The notes beneath the pieces are model-generated. The model had not been told where the DNA came from and searched no databases. It worked only from the letters and a program-made list of their open reading frames with translations. From assembly GCF_001194135.2 (NCBI RefSeq), contig NC_068983.1, positions 6,023,282 through 6,087,281 of the forward strand: DNA of 64,000 nucleotides. Direction: 5' to 3'. Origin of the DNA: Octopus bimaculoides. Its lineage: Eukaryota. Both the position numbers and the translations under genes were made by a program. Numbering within the stretch: the stretch's first letter is position 1; every line of letters begins with the position of its first letter. This document shows positions 49,901 to 62,194 of the stretch, piece after piece.

Positions 49901-50247
49901 ACACACAGAAAATTAGAAATAGCAGCCAAAACTACTATATCTCTACCAAAATATAACTCCCAAAACACCAATACTCGCAACTACCAACGCAAAAAGGAAA
50001 AAATAACGAATCTATCCGGCCTTGATNNNNNNNNNNNNNNNNNNNNNNNNNNNNNNNNNNNNNNNNNNNNNNNNNNNNNNNNNNNNNNNNNNNNNNNNNN
50101 NNNNNNNNNNNNNNNNNNNNNNNNNNNNNNNNNNNNNNNNNNNNNNNNNNNNNNNNNNNNNNNNNNNNNNNNNNNNNNNNNNNNNNNNNNNNNNNNNNNN
50201 NNNNNNNNNNNNNNNNNNNNNNNNNNNNNNNNNNNNNNNNNNNNNNN

Positions 50248-50353
50248 GAGTGATCCAGGCTCGGAGTGATCCAGGCTCGGAGTGATCCAGGCTCGGAGTG
50301 ATCCAGGCTCGGAGTGATCCAGGCTCGGAGTGATCCAGTCTCGGAGTGATCCA
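50248..50353. repeat. 16-bp minisatellite (GAGTGATCCAGGCTCG)n, probably continuing into the gap at 50027-50247
   Basis: At least 6 visible copies at period 16, with one variant (CCAGTCTCG). Confidence 0.9.
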
Positions 50354-50541
50354 GGCTCGGAGTGCTCCTTGAATTGCACCTGGGGGGTACTCTCCTTATT
50401 GGAGAATCTGATTCTTTTTTGTTTTGCTCTTTTATGTTTTTGTTATCATAAATCGCCACATGCGTGGGGAACAGCGAGATTCAAGACGGTGACTTTCGTA
50501 TTTACTCTTTATATGTTCTGGAAGATTCGAACATGAATGGG

Positions 50542-50760
50542 TTAATCGCTGTTGTGTTCATCACGGAACAGCTCCTCCCTTACGACGAATATGAGTTCCC
50601 AACACACTCGATTCATTAGTACAAGGGATTCTGGGACATCGAGTTTTCGACAGGTTATGACACGTCAGAATTCCTTGTACTAAGAAATCTAATGCGTTAT
50701 GAATACATATTCCTTGTAAGACAAGAGCTGTTCTTCTGCGACGAACACAACGGCGATTAA
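50542..50760. mobile_element. Palindromic MITE bounded by TTAA
   Basis: TTAATCGCTGTTGTGTTCATCACGGAACAGCTC... matches the reverse complement of ...GAGCTGTTCTTCTGCGACGAACACAACGGCGATTAA. Complementarity continues inward (ttagtacaagg / ccttgtactaa). Confidence 0.75.
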
Positions 50761-50924
50761 CATATTTATATTAGAAGCTGCCGCTACGTATTAGGATCAA
50801 ACGTGCCAGTCACCATTTGTTGTCATCAATTTTCATATTAATTGCTATTGTTTTCAGAGCATAGGTAAATCCTAGTTGTCCTAAATAGTTTTACAGACCA
50901 TGTGACTAATAAACAAAGTATTGA

Positions 50925-52110
50925 GCTGACAGAATCGTTAACACGCCGGGCAAAATGCTTAGCGGTATTTTGCTTGTCGTACGTTCTAAGTTCAAATTCC
51001 GCCGAGGTCGACTTTGCCTTTCATCCTTTCGGGGTCGATAAATTAAGTACCAGTTACACACTGAGGTCGATGTAATAAACTAGTTCCCTCCACTCAAATT
51101 TCAGGCATTGTGCCTTTATGAGGAAGGATTACCATTATGATGATAACGAAGGCGGGTAGGTCGCGGAATGATTGCCACACTGGACAAAATGCGTTCAAAT
51201 TCCGCCGAGTTCGTCTTTGTCTTTCATCCTTTCGGGAGTCAATAGAATAAGCACCAGCTAAGCACTGAGGTCGATGTAATCGACTTCTCTCACCACAACA
51301 TTTCTTATCATAGAAAGAATTATATATGATGACTACGGCATTCAGTTGTGGAGGGACATGGCCTAGTGGTTAGAGCAGCGGACATGCGGTCGAGGGATCA
51401 CGGGTTCGAATCTCAGAGTTTATGAGCAAAACACCTAAGCTCAACGCGGCTCCGACAGGAAGGTAATGGCGAATTTCTGCTGACTCTTTCGCCACAACTT
51501 TTTCTCACTCTTTCCTCCTGCATCTAGCAGCTCACCTACGACGGACCGACATCTCGTCCAGGTGGGGAGCCTATACGCCAATGAAACCGGGAAACCGGCC
51601 CTTATGAGCCAGGCATGGCTCGAGAAGGAACAAACAACAACAACAACAACGACAGCATTCAGTTAGCAAAATCGTTAGCAAGCCAGGAGAATGCTTCGCA
51701 GCATTTTTTTCCGGCTTTACGTTTTGAGTTCAAACTGCGCCAAAATCGACTTTGCTTTTCATACTTTCGGGATCGATAAAATTAGTAGCAGCAGAGCATT
51801 GGGGCTGATGCAACAGACTTAACACCTTCCCTAGAATTACTGGTCTTGTGACATAATTTGAAATCATTATTATTAGGATGACTGAAGGGATAGAGTGCGC
51901 AGAATCGTTATCAAGCTGGACGAAATGCTTAGCTGTATTTCGCCCGTTGCTACGTTCTGAGTTCAAATTCCGCCAAGGTTGACTTTGTCTTTCATCCTTT
52001 CAGTGGGGTCGATAAATTAAGTACCAGTGTAACACTGGGGTCGATGTATTCGACAATCCCCCTCCCCACAAAATCCAGGCCTTGTTCCTATAGTAGAAAG
52101 TATTATTATT
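50925..52110 (+). mobile_element. Cluster of four co-oriented family B SINEs with one family C SINE between them
   Basis: B copies start at about 50925, 51150, 51665 and 51895, each with ttcaaattccgccgagg...tttcatcctttc...gataaa..aagtaccag and ending in attatt. Confidence 0.8.
51352..51650 (+). mobile_element. tRNA-derived SINE (family C) with a (CAA)n tail
   Basis: TGGCCTAGTGGTTAG ... GGTTCGAATCTC head, shared body, and a caacaacaac tail. Confidence 0.8.
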
Positions 52111-53750
52111 AGGATGGCTACGATTACAGTGACGATTCTGTTATTGTTGTTGGTGTCATTGTTGCTTGGCTTCAAGTCGGACCACATCGAGCTGACTTCG
52201 ATCAAATCCATTCCAGATGTGACCTTCTATACTTTACATCATATACAGAATATCTAACACTACAGTATCAAAATAACAACCGAAAATCTTTCTAATGAAA
52301 TATCGTTTTCTTAACAATTTGAAGACCTTTGTAGGCCATTACATAAATATCAGATATCATTTCTAGCAGGTCGAGGAAGATTTAGCAGAATTAAGTAATA
52401 AGAATCATGTGCAAGAACCTCAGTAGGAACTTTTGGTAAATTTGGCATTTTACATGCTAAAATAGACAATCCAATTCACCAGATTCTTCATCTCAGTATC
52501 TGTTATGCAGCCATATTGCTATTATAAAATTTTCATTGCTTTGCCATTTTAACTTCTACTTTTTATATGTCTTTATATTTCTCAACATCTTAAAATTACC
52601 GTTTCCAAGCATTTCTGAATATATATTATATATATATATATATNNNNNNNNNNNNNNNNNNNNNNNNNNNNNNNNNNNNNNNNNNNNNNNNNNNNNNNNN
52701 NNNNNNNNNNNNNNNNNNNNNNNNNNNNNNNNNNNNNNNNNNNNNNNNNNNNNNNNNNNNNNNNNNNNNNNNNNNNNNNNNNNNNNNNNNNNNNNNNNNN
52801 NNNNNNNNNNNNNNNNNNNNNNNNNNNNNNNNNNNNNNNNNNNNNNNNNNNNNNNNNNNNNNNNNNNNNNNNNNNNNNNNNNNNNNNNNNNNNNNNNNNN
52901 NNNNNNNNNNNNNNNNNNNNNNNNNNNNNNNNNNNNNNNNNNNNNNNNNNNNNNNNNNNNNNNNNATATATATATATGGTTATTTAATTTATTTAATAAA
53001 TTCGATTGACGTGGATAATATATAGTATATTGCCATTCAATTCTTATGGCCTAGATGAGTGTAACGTTCGTGTGTCTGTAAATTTGACTGTTTTTGAACA
53101 TTTGCACATATATATATATATATATGTTTGTATCTATGTATCTATGTATGTATTTATATATGTATGTATGTGTGTGTGTGAATGTGTTTATGTGAGAGCT
53201 CTTATGTGAATGCGTTTGTCTATGTGGAAATCATTATCTTTAGATATGGAGATATGACATAAACTGTCTTCATATCTGTCTACGGCATCAATAATCTTTA
53301 TTTTCCTTTGTGTTTCTCCCCCTTATATCACGCACACGCACACACACATATACCACACGCACGCATACACAATCACACCCACACACACCTTTCGTTTTCT
53401 ATCTCGTTATACATCGCACTATCTCTCCCGTTATCGCACACCTCAATTCTCTTCTTCCTCTCTCTCCCCATGCTTAGATTGAGCTTATCCCCTTTCTTAC
53501 ACCGCCCTTCATCTCAAACTCTTCTTTTTACATTTCCTCACTTTCACCATTCCTCCGATATTCTCCATTTTCTTTTTTTAAACATATAACTCTTTATTTC
53601 TGCCTCTTATCTCCGATTCCTTTGCCCCTCCTTTTCTATCTCACTTTGCGATAAACTTCTATGTATATATACATACATAATTACGTACATTACATACATA
53701 CATACACATACACACACACACACACACATACACACACATANNNNNNNNNN

Positions 53751-53786
<36 letters not shown>

Positions 53787-55474
53787 TAGATATAGATATA
53801 GATATATACCACACACATATATATATGTACATATTTATATGTATGCGTATATATACAAGTATATATGTATATAAATATATATATTCGTATNNNNNNNNNN
53901 NNNNNNNNNNNNNNNNNNNNNNNNNNNNNNNNNNNNNNNNNNNNNNNNNNNNNNNNNNNNNNNNNNNNNNNNNNNNNNNNNNNNNNNNNNNNNNNNNNNN
54001 NNNNNNNNNNNNNNNNNNNNNNNNNNNNNNNNNNNNNNNNNNNNNNNNNNNNNNNNNNNNNNNNNNNNNNNNNNNNNNNNNNNNNNNNNNNNNNNNNNNN
54101 NNNNNNNNNNNNNNNNNNNNNNNNNNNNNNNNNNNNNNNNNNNNNNNNNNNNNNNNNNNNNNNNNNNNNNNNNNNNNNNNNNNNNNNNNNNNNNNNNNNN
54201 NNNNNNNNNNNNNNNNNNNNNNNNNNNNNNNNNNNNNNNNNNNNNNNNNNNNNNNNNNNNNNNNNNNNNNNNNNNNNNNNNNNNNNNNNNNNNNNNNNNN
54301 NNNNNNNNNNNNNNNNNNNNNNNNNNNNNNNNNNNNNNNNNNNNNNNNNNNNNNNNNNNNNNNNNNNNNNNNNNNNNNNNNNNNNNNNNNNNNNNNNNNN
54401 NNNNNNNNNNNNNNNNNNNNNNNNNNNNNNNNNNNNNNNNNNNNNNNNNNNNNNNNNNNNNNNNNNNNNNNNNNNNNNNNNNNNNNNNNNNNNNNNNNNN
54501 NNNNNNNNNNNNNNNNNNNNNNNNNNNNNNNNNNNNNNNNNNNNNNNNNNNNNNNNNNNNNNNNNNNNNNNNNNNNNNNNNNNNNNNNNNNNNNNNNNNN
54601 NNNNNNNNNNNNNNNNNNNNNNNNNNNNNNNNNNNNNNNNNNNNNNNNNNNNNNNNNNNNNNNNNNNNNNNNNNNNNNNNNNNNNNNNNNNNNNNNNNNN
54701 NNNNNNNNNNNNNNNNNNNNNNNNNNNNNNNNNNNNNNNNNNNNNNNNNNNNNNNNNNNNNNNNNNNNNNNNNNNNNNNNNNNNATATATACTTTAAAAT
54801 AGTTTTGCTTATATTTCTTTCTCTTATACACTTCCTTATGCATAGAGATAAATGTATATTCGCATGTAGGCATTTACATATCAATCTGTCTATCTATCTA
54901 TCTATCTTTCTATCTATCTATCTATCTATCTACCTATCTATATTCCTACCTACCTACCGACCGACCGACCTACCTACTTAGCTATTAAGAGAAAGAAAGG
55001 TAAAATAGACTTCGAAGGAAAACGAAAGAAAGATAGAATATATGTATATACGCATGTACACGTGCACACACAAACACACACATATTCATACATTTATGCA
55101 TAAACGCATATATATACATAACTTCGTGTGCATGCATATATGTATATTTGTATACATATATATATCCGTTCGTTTTCATGTGTGTATCTGTAGATAGAAA
55201 TTAATATGGCGGTATATGTTTAAATATATATATACTCACACATGTATTGTATTTAAGCATGTATAACTATATAAACGTATATGCAAATGTGTCTCCTTAT
55301 ACGTATATCTATGTGTATATATGCGTATATATTCTCCATGCATTCAATTAGATGCATAACTATAAGTATGTGCATTATGATCAGGGTATGCGAATTTGAG
55401 TGATTGGTCGTGTGTGAGTGTGTGTGGCGGAACTGCTTATGCGCATTTGTCTAGATTTGAATGTTTCGGTCGAA

Positions 55475-55583
<109 letters not shown>

Positions 55584-55621
55584 TATATATGTATTGAGAA
55601 ACACACACACAATTCTCTATC

Positions 55622-55652
<31 letters not shown>

Positions 55653-55768
55653 CTATGCATTTGTATCTCTGTGTGAATATGTGTATATGTGTGTATGCTT
55701 GTGCTTGCAGATTTCTGTGTGAGTGAGTGCGTGTGTGCGTGCCAGTATGTGTTTTTGTGAGTGTGTGT

Positions 55769-55812
<44 letters not shown>

Positions 55813-55898
55813 AATCGAATAAAACTTTATGCATATACATGTACGAACATATGATATTGATAGATAGATAGATAGATATATTTACATATATATGCATG

Positions 55899-55945
<47 letters not shown>

Positions 55946-56745
55946 ATTGGTATATCTTAGTACACACACACCCCCACACACACATACATGCACACACACG
56001 CACACACACTCACACAAACGAACGTGCATACACATATAACATTGCCAAAGCTAAAATGGTAATCGATGTAAAAACAGCCCCCACAAAAAGCACATTAAAA
56101 AGAGGGGGGGGGAGATTTAAGAAAAATTTCACTTTTCCCCTTGTATTGTAAACGTAACTCCATTATAGAATTACGTGTTCAATTGTGAACGATAACACAC
56201 ATGCACACACAGACACGCATATGTCTATACATATATGTCTATGTATATATACATATCTATGTGTGTATAATAAGTATATATANNNNNNNNNNNNNNNNNN
56301 NNNNNNNNNNNNNNNNNNNNNNNNNNNNNNNNNNNNNNNNNNNNNNNNNNNNNNNNNNNNNNNNNNNNNNNNNNNNNNNNNNNNNNNNNNNNNNNNNNNN
56401 NNNNNNNNNNNNNNNNNNNNNNNNNNNNNNNNNNNNNNNNNNNNNNNNNNNNNNNNNNNNNNNNNNNNNNNNNNNNNNNNNNNNNNNNNNNNNNNNNNNN
56501 NNNNNNNNNNNNNNNNNNNNNNNNNNNNNNNNNNNNNNNNNNNNNNNNNNNNNNNNNNNNNNNNNNNNNNNNNNNNNNNNNNNNNNNNNNNNNNNNNNNN
56601 NNNNNNNNNNNNNNNNNNNNNNNNNNNNNNNNNNNNNNNNNNNNNNNNNNNNNNNNNNNNNNNNNNNNNNNNNNNNNNNNNNNNNNNNNNNNNNNNNNNN
56701 NNNNNNNNNNNNNNNNNNNNNNNNNNNNNNNNNNNNNNNNNNNNA

Positions 56746-57380
56746 TAATGAGGTAGGACCGCCTTTGGCAGTAGTTACAGCTTCAGTTCTACGAGCTATG
56801 GACTCGTACAAAGCTTGAAGTGTTTCCAAGGGAATTTTTGTCCATTCTTCAGCTAAAACAGTCTCCAGTTCTTGTAGTGATGACGGTAGAGGATATCGAC
56901 TCCTTACTTGTTTTCCTAAAAAGCACCATAAATGTTCAATAATATTGAGATCTGGGGACTGTGGTGGCCAGATAGAATGTTCCCCGTGCCATTCAGTAAC
57001 AACTTTAGCAGTGTGAATTGCTGCATTATCATCTTGAAAGATTGCGTTTCCCCCCAGAAACAGTTCCGCAACCACAGGATGAATTTGAATAGATAAAATG
57101 CTTAAACAGATAAAATGCTTAAATAATTTCGACAAGGAAGTTTTTCCCTCTTTCTCAAATACTGTCATTTCGGCTGTTTTCGTTACGCTAGCACCTACCA
57201 TACGAGCACCAACAATTTGATCTCTTTGAAAGTCCGATAGATCTTCCATTTTAATGAATTTTAATTACTTTTTTCTGATGATATGTGAAAAGAAACAGCA
57301 ATTTTAGCAAAACATATTAAGCAACACTAATAATAAACCAAAAAACAAAGCGCACCTAGAAATACAGGTATATGAAATAC
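56746..57380 (-). mobile_element. Internally deleted Tc1-like element (transposase N-terminus fused to the C-terminal DDE part)
   Basis: The ORF begins MEDLSDFQRDQIVGARMVGASVTKTAEM, then jumps to IFQDDNAAIHTAK...WPPQSPDLNIIEHLW...EEWTKIP...EAVTTAKGGPT. These are classic Tc1 motifs. The 3' end runs into a gap. Confidence 0.9.
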
Positions 57381-57646
57381 CATACAACATAATTCTTGAT
57401 TTATTAAAATTATCTCTCTGCCTGTGAAAAATATATTTCAAAATTACGAAACGATAATTAAGTCCAGTTGAACTTGAGAAGTGGTGATTGGCTCAAGAAC
57501 CATGAATTCTTCAATTTGATATGCCATGATTGAAAAGAATATGTTTATTATCTGGAGAAAAGAGGTTAGTCCCGTATGCCTGTTTCTGCCTCAATAAGTG
57601 TCATTAGCGCGACAGTTTTACAACTTTATGTATGTGTGTGTATGTT

Positions 57647-57733
<87 letters not shown>

Positions 57734-58744
57734 AGAGCAATATATGGGAAGCATACGAGTGTTTATGTTTTGCAAATGCATGCTTTTTTTTTTACTTTGC
57801 TAAGATAATGTAGAAAGACTTTTCTTTTTACTTGTTCCCCCCTCTTTTTTCTGTTGGTTAAAAATGATATGAACCTGGTTTGTTTCAGTCTTTATTAACA
57901 CCTTATCAGTAATCGCTTGCTTAATTTCTCTCTTCACATCGATTATAGTATCTTATAACTTTCTAAAATAATACTCAACTTCGAAGCGATCTAAATTGCA
58001 CAAGAGAACATTCTTTGGTAATGTGAATCAATTATGATAGACGTATTGCGTGGTGTTAAGTTACAAATATGACGTAAACAAATGAGCGTTGTAAACGCGC
58101 GTTTTATCAGCCGCATTTTGAGACCGTGATATCAAACCGTGATATCAAACCGTTATATCAAACAAGATTCTTTAGTCACATTTAAGATACACTTACCAAT
58201 ATAATTTTAGTTTACATCAACGCTTATCCTATTGCCATTTACTTTTTAATCTTTATTAATTATTTAACCTTTCAAATTTTTAGCTGTTATTCAAGTAAGA
58301 GAGACCATTTCAATTTTGATCGCGTTTACGTACGTAATGGATTGTAATAGGCTGGTAATTTCTCTCTGTAGATAGAGTATAAGGTACTAATTATTGAAAA
58401 GATTCTAATGATCCCATTTTCTGTCCATAGAGAGGGAACTTAATTTGTGGTTTCACCTCAGCTTCTGATTACTTTTCGTTGCAAGGCTACAAAGTGCGTC
58501 TTAACTAAAACTGCAAGCTTACAGTTTACATATGTGGTTTTATTATGTGTATTTATCTTATGAATATAACTAGATGCATGTATATGTATGAATGCGTATA
58601 TGTGTGCAAGTGTGTACTTGTATGTGTGTGTGTATATGTATATATATATATATATATATAGTTCAAGACAAAAGAGAAAACAAAGGAGGAGTACAGGTGA
58701 GGGAACAACCAGCAGGTGTATTAGCTTGACGCTCGGGAAGTATA

Positions 58745-58790
58745 GAAAAGTCTGTGACGTTTCGGGCCTACGCTCTTCGACAGAAAGTGT
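58745..58790 (-). ncRNA. Hammerhead-like motif with a variant core (CUGUCGA) inside a probable Penelope-like element end fragment
   Basis: Minus strand reads cttt-CTGTCGA-A-GAGCGTAGGCCC-GAAA-CG-TC^-acagac, with a palindromic ACGT stem III. The core A6 position is T and stems I and II each carry a mismatch. Confidence 0.4.
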
Positions 58791-59465
58791 TGAGAGGTAC
58801 GGAGAGAACGGAAAAGAAAAAACCGGAGGTGGAAAAATGTATGCATATATATATGTGTGTGAGAGTGAGTGCGTGTGTGTGCATGCGTGTGTGTGTGTGT
58901 ATTTGTGTGTGTGTATATAAACAATAGTATACAGTAAGATCCATGATGGTAGAATCCGATCAGAGAAGTACATATATATAAATCCAAATAGAGTGCAGTA
59001 GGTAAAGTCCAGGCTACAAATGCTTTCTATCTAGCAGATCGTCTGATGCAATAATTACTGAATGAGGATTACGTGCCTACTGGCAACTTTTTCCGTCTTC
59101 TAAAGATAAACATCCAATCTTTAGCTGCTATTTTCAATGCTATATTGCGTTCGAAATTTATTTTCTTGTATATATATATATATACAGAGAGAGAGAGAGA
59201 GACAGAGAGAGAGGTTATGAGTGGTAGTAGTGTCAATTAGACCCAGAGGTTTCAGTTAATGCTGAGTAAGTGCTGTGGATAGACCATCATTAATCTCCAG
59301 GTTCGGAAATTATGCGAATAAGGGGTCTAACGTAGGTCATATATCAGCGTGTGAATATAAGGAATTACTTTTCGTAATGAGATTTAAAAAAAACCAAGGC
59401 TGTGTATATTTTAGAACCTTTATAAATAGAAGGTCTTATAGCTGTTTCGAGGATATTTATTATAT

Positions 59466-59982
59466 CCCTTCATCGGAGACGGTGTGAGAGGATGGTAAAG
59501 CAATAGTTAATTTATATATGATAGGAAATAGAGAGTGAATGTAGGGAATATTGTATTTGTAAATCCATTGTTTAGGCAGAATGGTATACATAAAGGATTC
59601 CAGTACCTTGTGAGTAAAATTCAATAGTCTTTAAGATTGGTCATTTCATTTGTAAATCCATTATTCAGATTCCAATACCCTTTAAACAGAACCCTTGATT
59701 CAATAACACTGTGTATAAACTCTGTATTTGGAATGACCAATTTCAAAGACTGTTGGATTTTACTCATATGGTATTGGAATCTTAATAATGGATTTACAAA
59801 GGCAATGACCAGTCTTAAAGACTGTTGGAATTTACTCACAAGGTATTGGAATCTTATATGTATACCATTCTGCCAAAACAATGGATCAACAAATACAATA
59901 TCCCTGCATTCACTCTTTATTTCCTATCTTATCAAAACTAACTATTGCTTAACCATCCTCTCACACCGTCTCCGATGAAGGG
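59466..59982. mobile_element. ~517-bp foldback or MITE with >200-bp inverted arms and CCCTT...AAGGG termini
   Basis: cccttcatcggagacggtgtgagaggatgg... is mirrored by ...ccatcctctcacaccgtctccgatgaaggg. Internal ~70-bp subterminal repeats (gattccaatacc...gagtaaa...gtcttt) occur in both orientations. Confidence 0.8.
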
Positions 59983-60116
59983 CTAGTGTTTGTATTATAG
60001 TCCCAGACCAACCAAAGCCTTGTGAGTAGATTTCTTGACGAAAACTGAATGAAGCAGTCGTATCTGTCTTTCTGTCTGTCAGTCTATCGTGTGTAGACAG
60101 ATAGATAAATAGATAA

Positions 60117-60149
<33 letters not shown>

Positions 60150-60161
60150 TAGATAAAATGG

Positions 60162-60212
<51 letters not shown>

Positions 60213-60492
60213 GCACACGATCTTAACGATGTAGTTGCCCAGCAATGCTAAAACTGAGATAATATATTTTAGAATACATGTGAAAAGCCGAGGACCAGGT
60301 GTTTCATATAGACTTCATAGTCAATTGAGATTTTACTAGAAAGGTATGACTGATATTCAGCCATATTGGTTGGCTTGGCCAGATTAAGCATCAGCCATAT
60401 TGGCAGGATATAAGTCATATAGTCATGATAGAAATATTATTAGCAATTAGGCCCATTTGAAATTACTGGTGTCAGGAAAGAAAATGTGAATA

Positions 60493-60645
60493 CGTAGGAG
60501 TGGCTGTGTCGTAAGTAGCTTGCTAAACAACCACATAGTTCCGGGTTCAGTCCCACTGCGTGGTATGTCTTCTAGTATAGCCTCGGGCCGACCAAAGCCT
60601 TGTGAGTGAATTTGGTAGACGGAAACTGAAAAAAGCCCCTCGCAT
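60493..60645 (+). mobile_element. Family A SINE 5' half
   Basis: ggagtggctgtgtcgtaagtagcttgc...gggttcagtcccactgcgtgg...cctcgggccgaccaaagccttgtgagtg. Confidence 0.75.
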
Positions 60646-60657
60646 ACATATATATAA

Positions 60658-60688
<31 letters not shown>

Positions 60689-60839
60689 NNNNNNNNNNNN
60701 NNNNNNNNNNNNNNNNNNNNNNNNNNNNNNNNNNNNNNNNNNNNNNNNNNNNNNNNNNNNNNNNNNNNNNNNNNNNNNNNNNNNNNNNNNNNNNNNNNNN
60801 NNNNNNNNNNNNNNNNNNNNNNNNNNNNNNNNNNNNNNN

Positions 60840-60913
<74 letters not shown>

Positions 60914-61402
60914 ACTATCGTTGACGTTAGTTTGTATACTCAATAACGAAGTTTGCCTTTGTCCCAGACTGCCTCAGCATCTCATTCTTTCATTGCACAA
61001 TTGTAAAAGAGACTCGAGTTAAACTTAATGGCGGGATAATCCCATTTTGACGGAGAAATAGTTTTTTAAGGGGAGATAACCGGGATTGATTTGACACCAA
61101 AATTTCCATATTCGCCCTTAAACAACGAAACAGTGAAGTCTTGCATCCTTCTGGCATAAAAGCATATTTTTCATGAGTATCGTTAGAGACCATTCCTAAA
61201 ACACGAAGCAACATTCAGAAGACACCAGAAGCCTGAATATTATTATACTCCACATTATGTTTTGAGTAACATTTCTGTTGTCCATTATACACGACTTATA
61301 TATGTATATATATAAATATGAATGCATATATGTGTACATGAATATATGTATTTGTATATATGCGTTTGTTTGTGTATACATACATATATATATACATACA
61401 TA

Positions 61403-61471
<69 letters not shown>

Positions 61472-61703
61472 ATATGTATATATATATGCATTTGTATGTC
61501 TGTTTGTATGTATACATCCACACATAGAAACACATATCTATATATTCGGATATGTCTATGCATGTCTGAGTACGAATAATATAATTATATTCATATTTAT
61601 AAACCTCTGTCTACCAAAACCTCTATTTACATACACATAAATATACATTATGCATTTTGTGTATATATATATATATATATACATATATATACATGTATAT
61701 ATA

Positions 61704-61736
<33 letters not shown>

Positions 61737-61831
61737 GTGCGTGTGTGTGCATACATATATATGTATATACACTCAAATGCATACACTACGTCAAACGCAC
61801 ACACTACACATACACGCACACACACATCCCT

Positions 61832-61865
<34 letters not shown>

Positions 61866-62151
61866 ACATACAAAGTTTATATATCAAAGTCGTTCAATCT
61901 TCAAAACGTTCTCCGCTGTGTCATTTATATGGCTGTGTTCATAAAAGCTATGTTCAACTTTCTGTTCTAATCGGAGAATTTTTATTTATCATTAAATGTC
62001 TTTACTGCTATTCAATCGACCTCCATCTTTTTCCTACCAACCCCGTATTACAATCAATCCTTACCCACAACACGCACAAGCGCCATTTTTTCCCAACTTT
62101 CAGTTTCTCTTTCTCCCTTTCTTTTTTCGTTTCTTTCACTCTCTCTCTCCC

Positions 62152-62194
<43 letters not shown>

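Noticed and set aside
50248-50353. Regular short repeats here, at 13600-13900 and at 35400-35680, considered as CRISPR-like arrays
   Set aside because: The repeats are contiguous with no unique spacers, no cas genes are present, and the context is eukaryotic.
58132-58172. Three copies of a 13-bp unit (CCGTGATATCAAA)
   Set aside because: It is a short local tandem duplication with no further structure or context.
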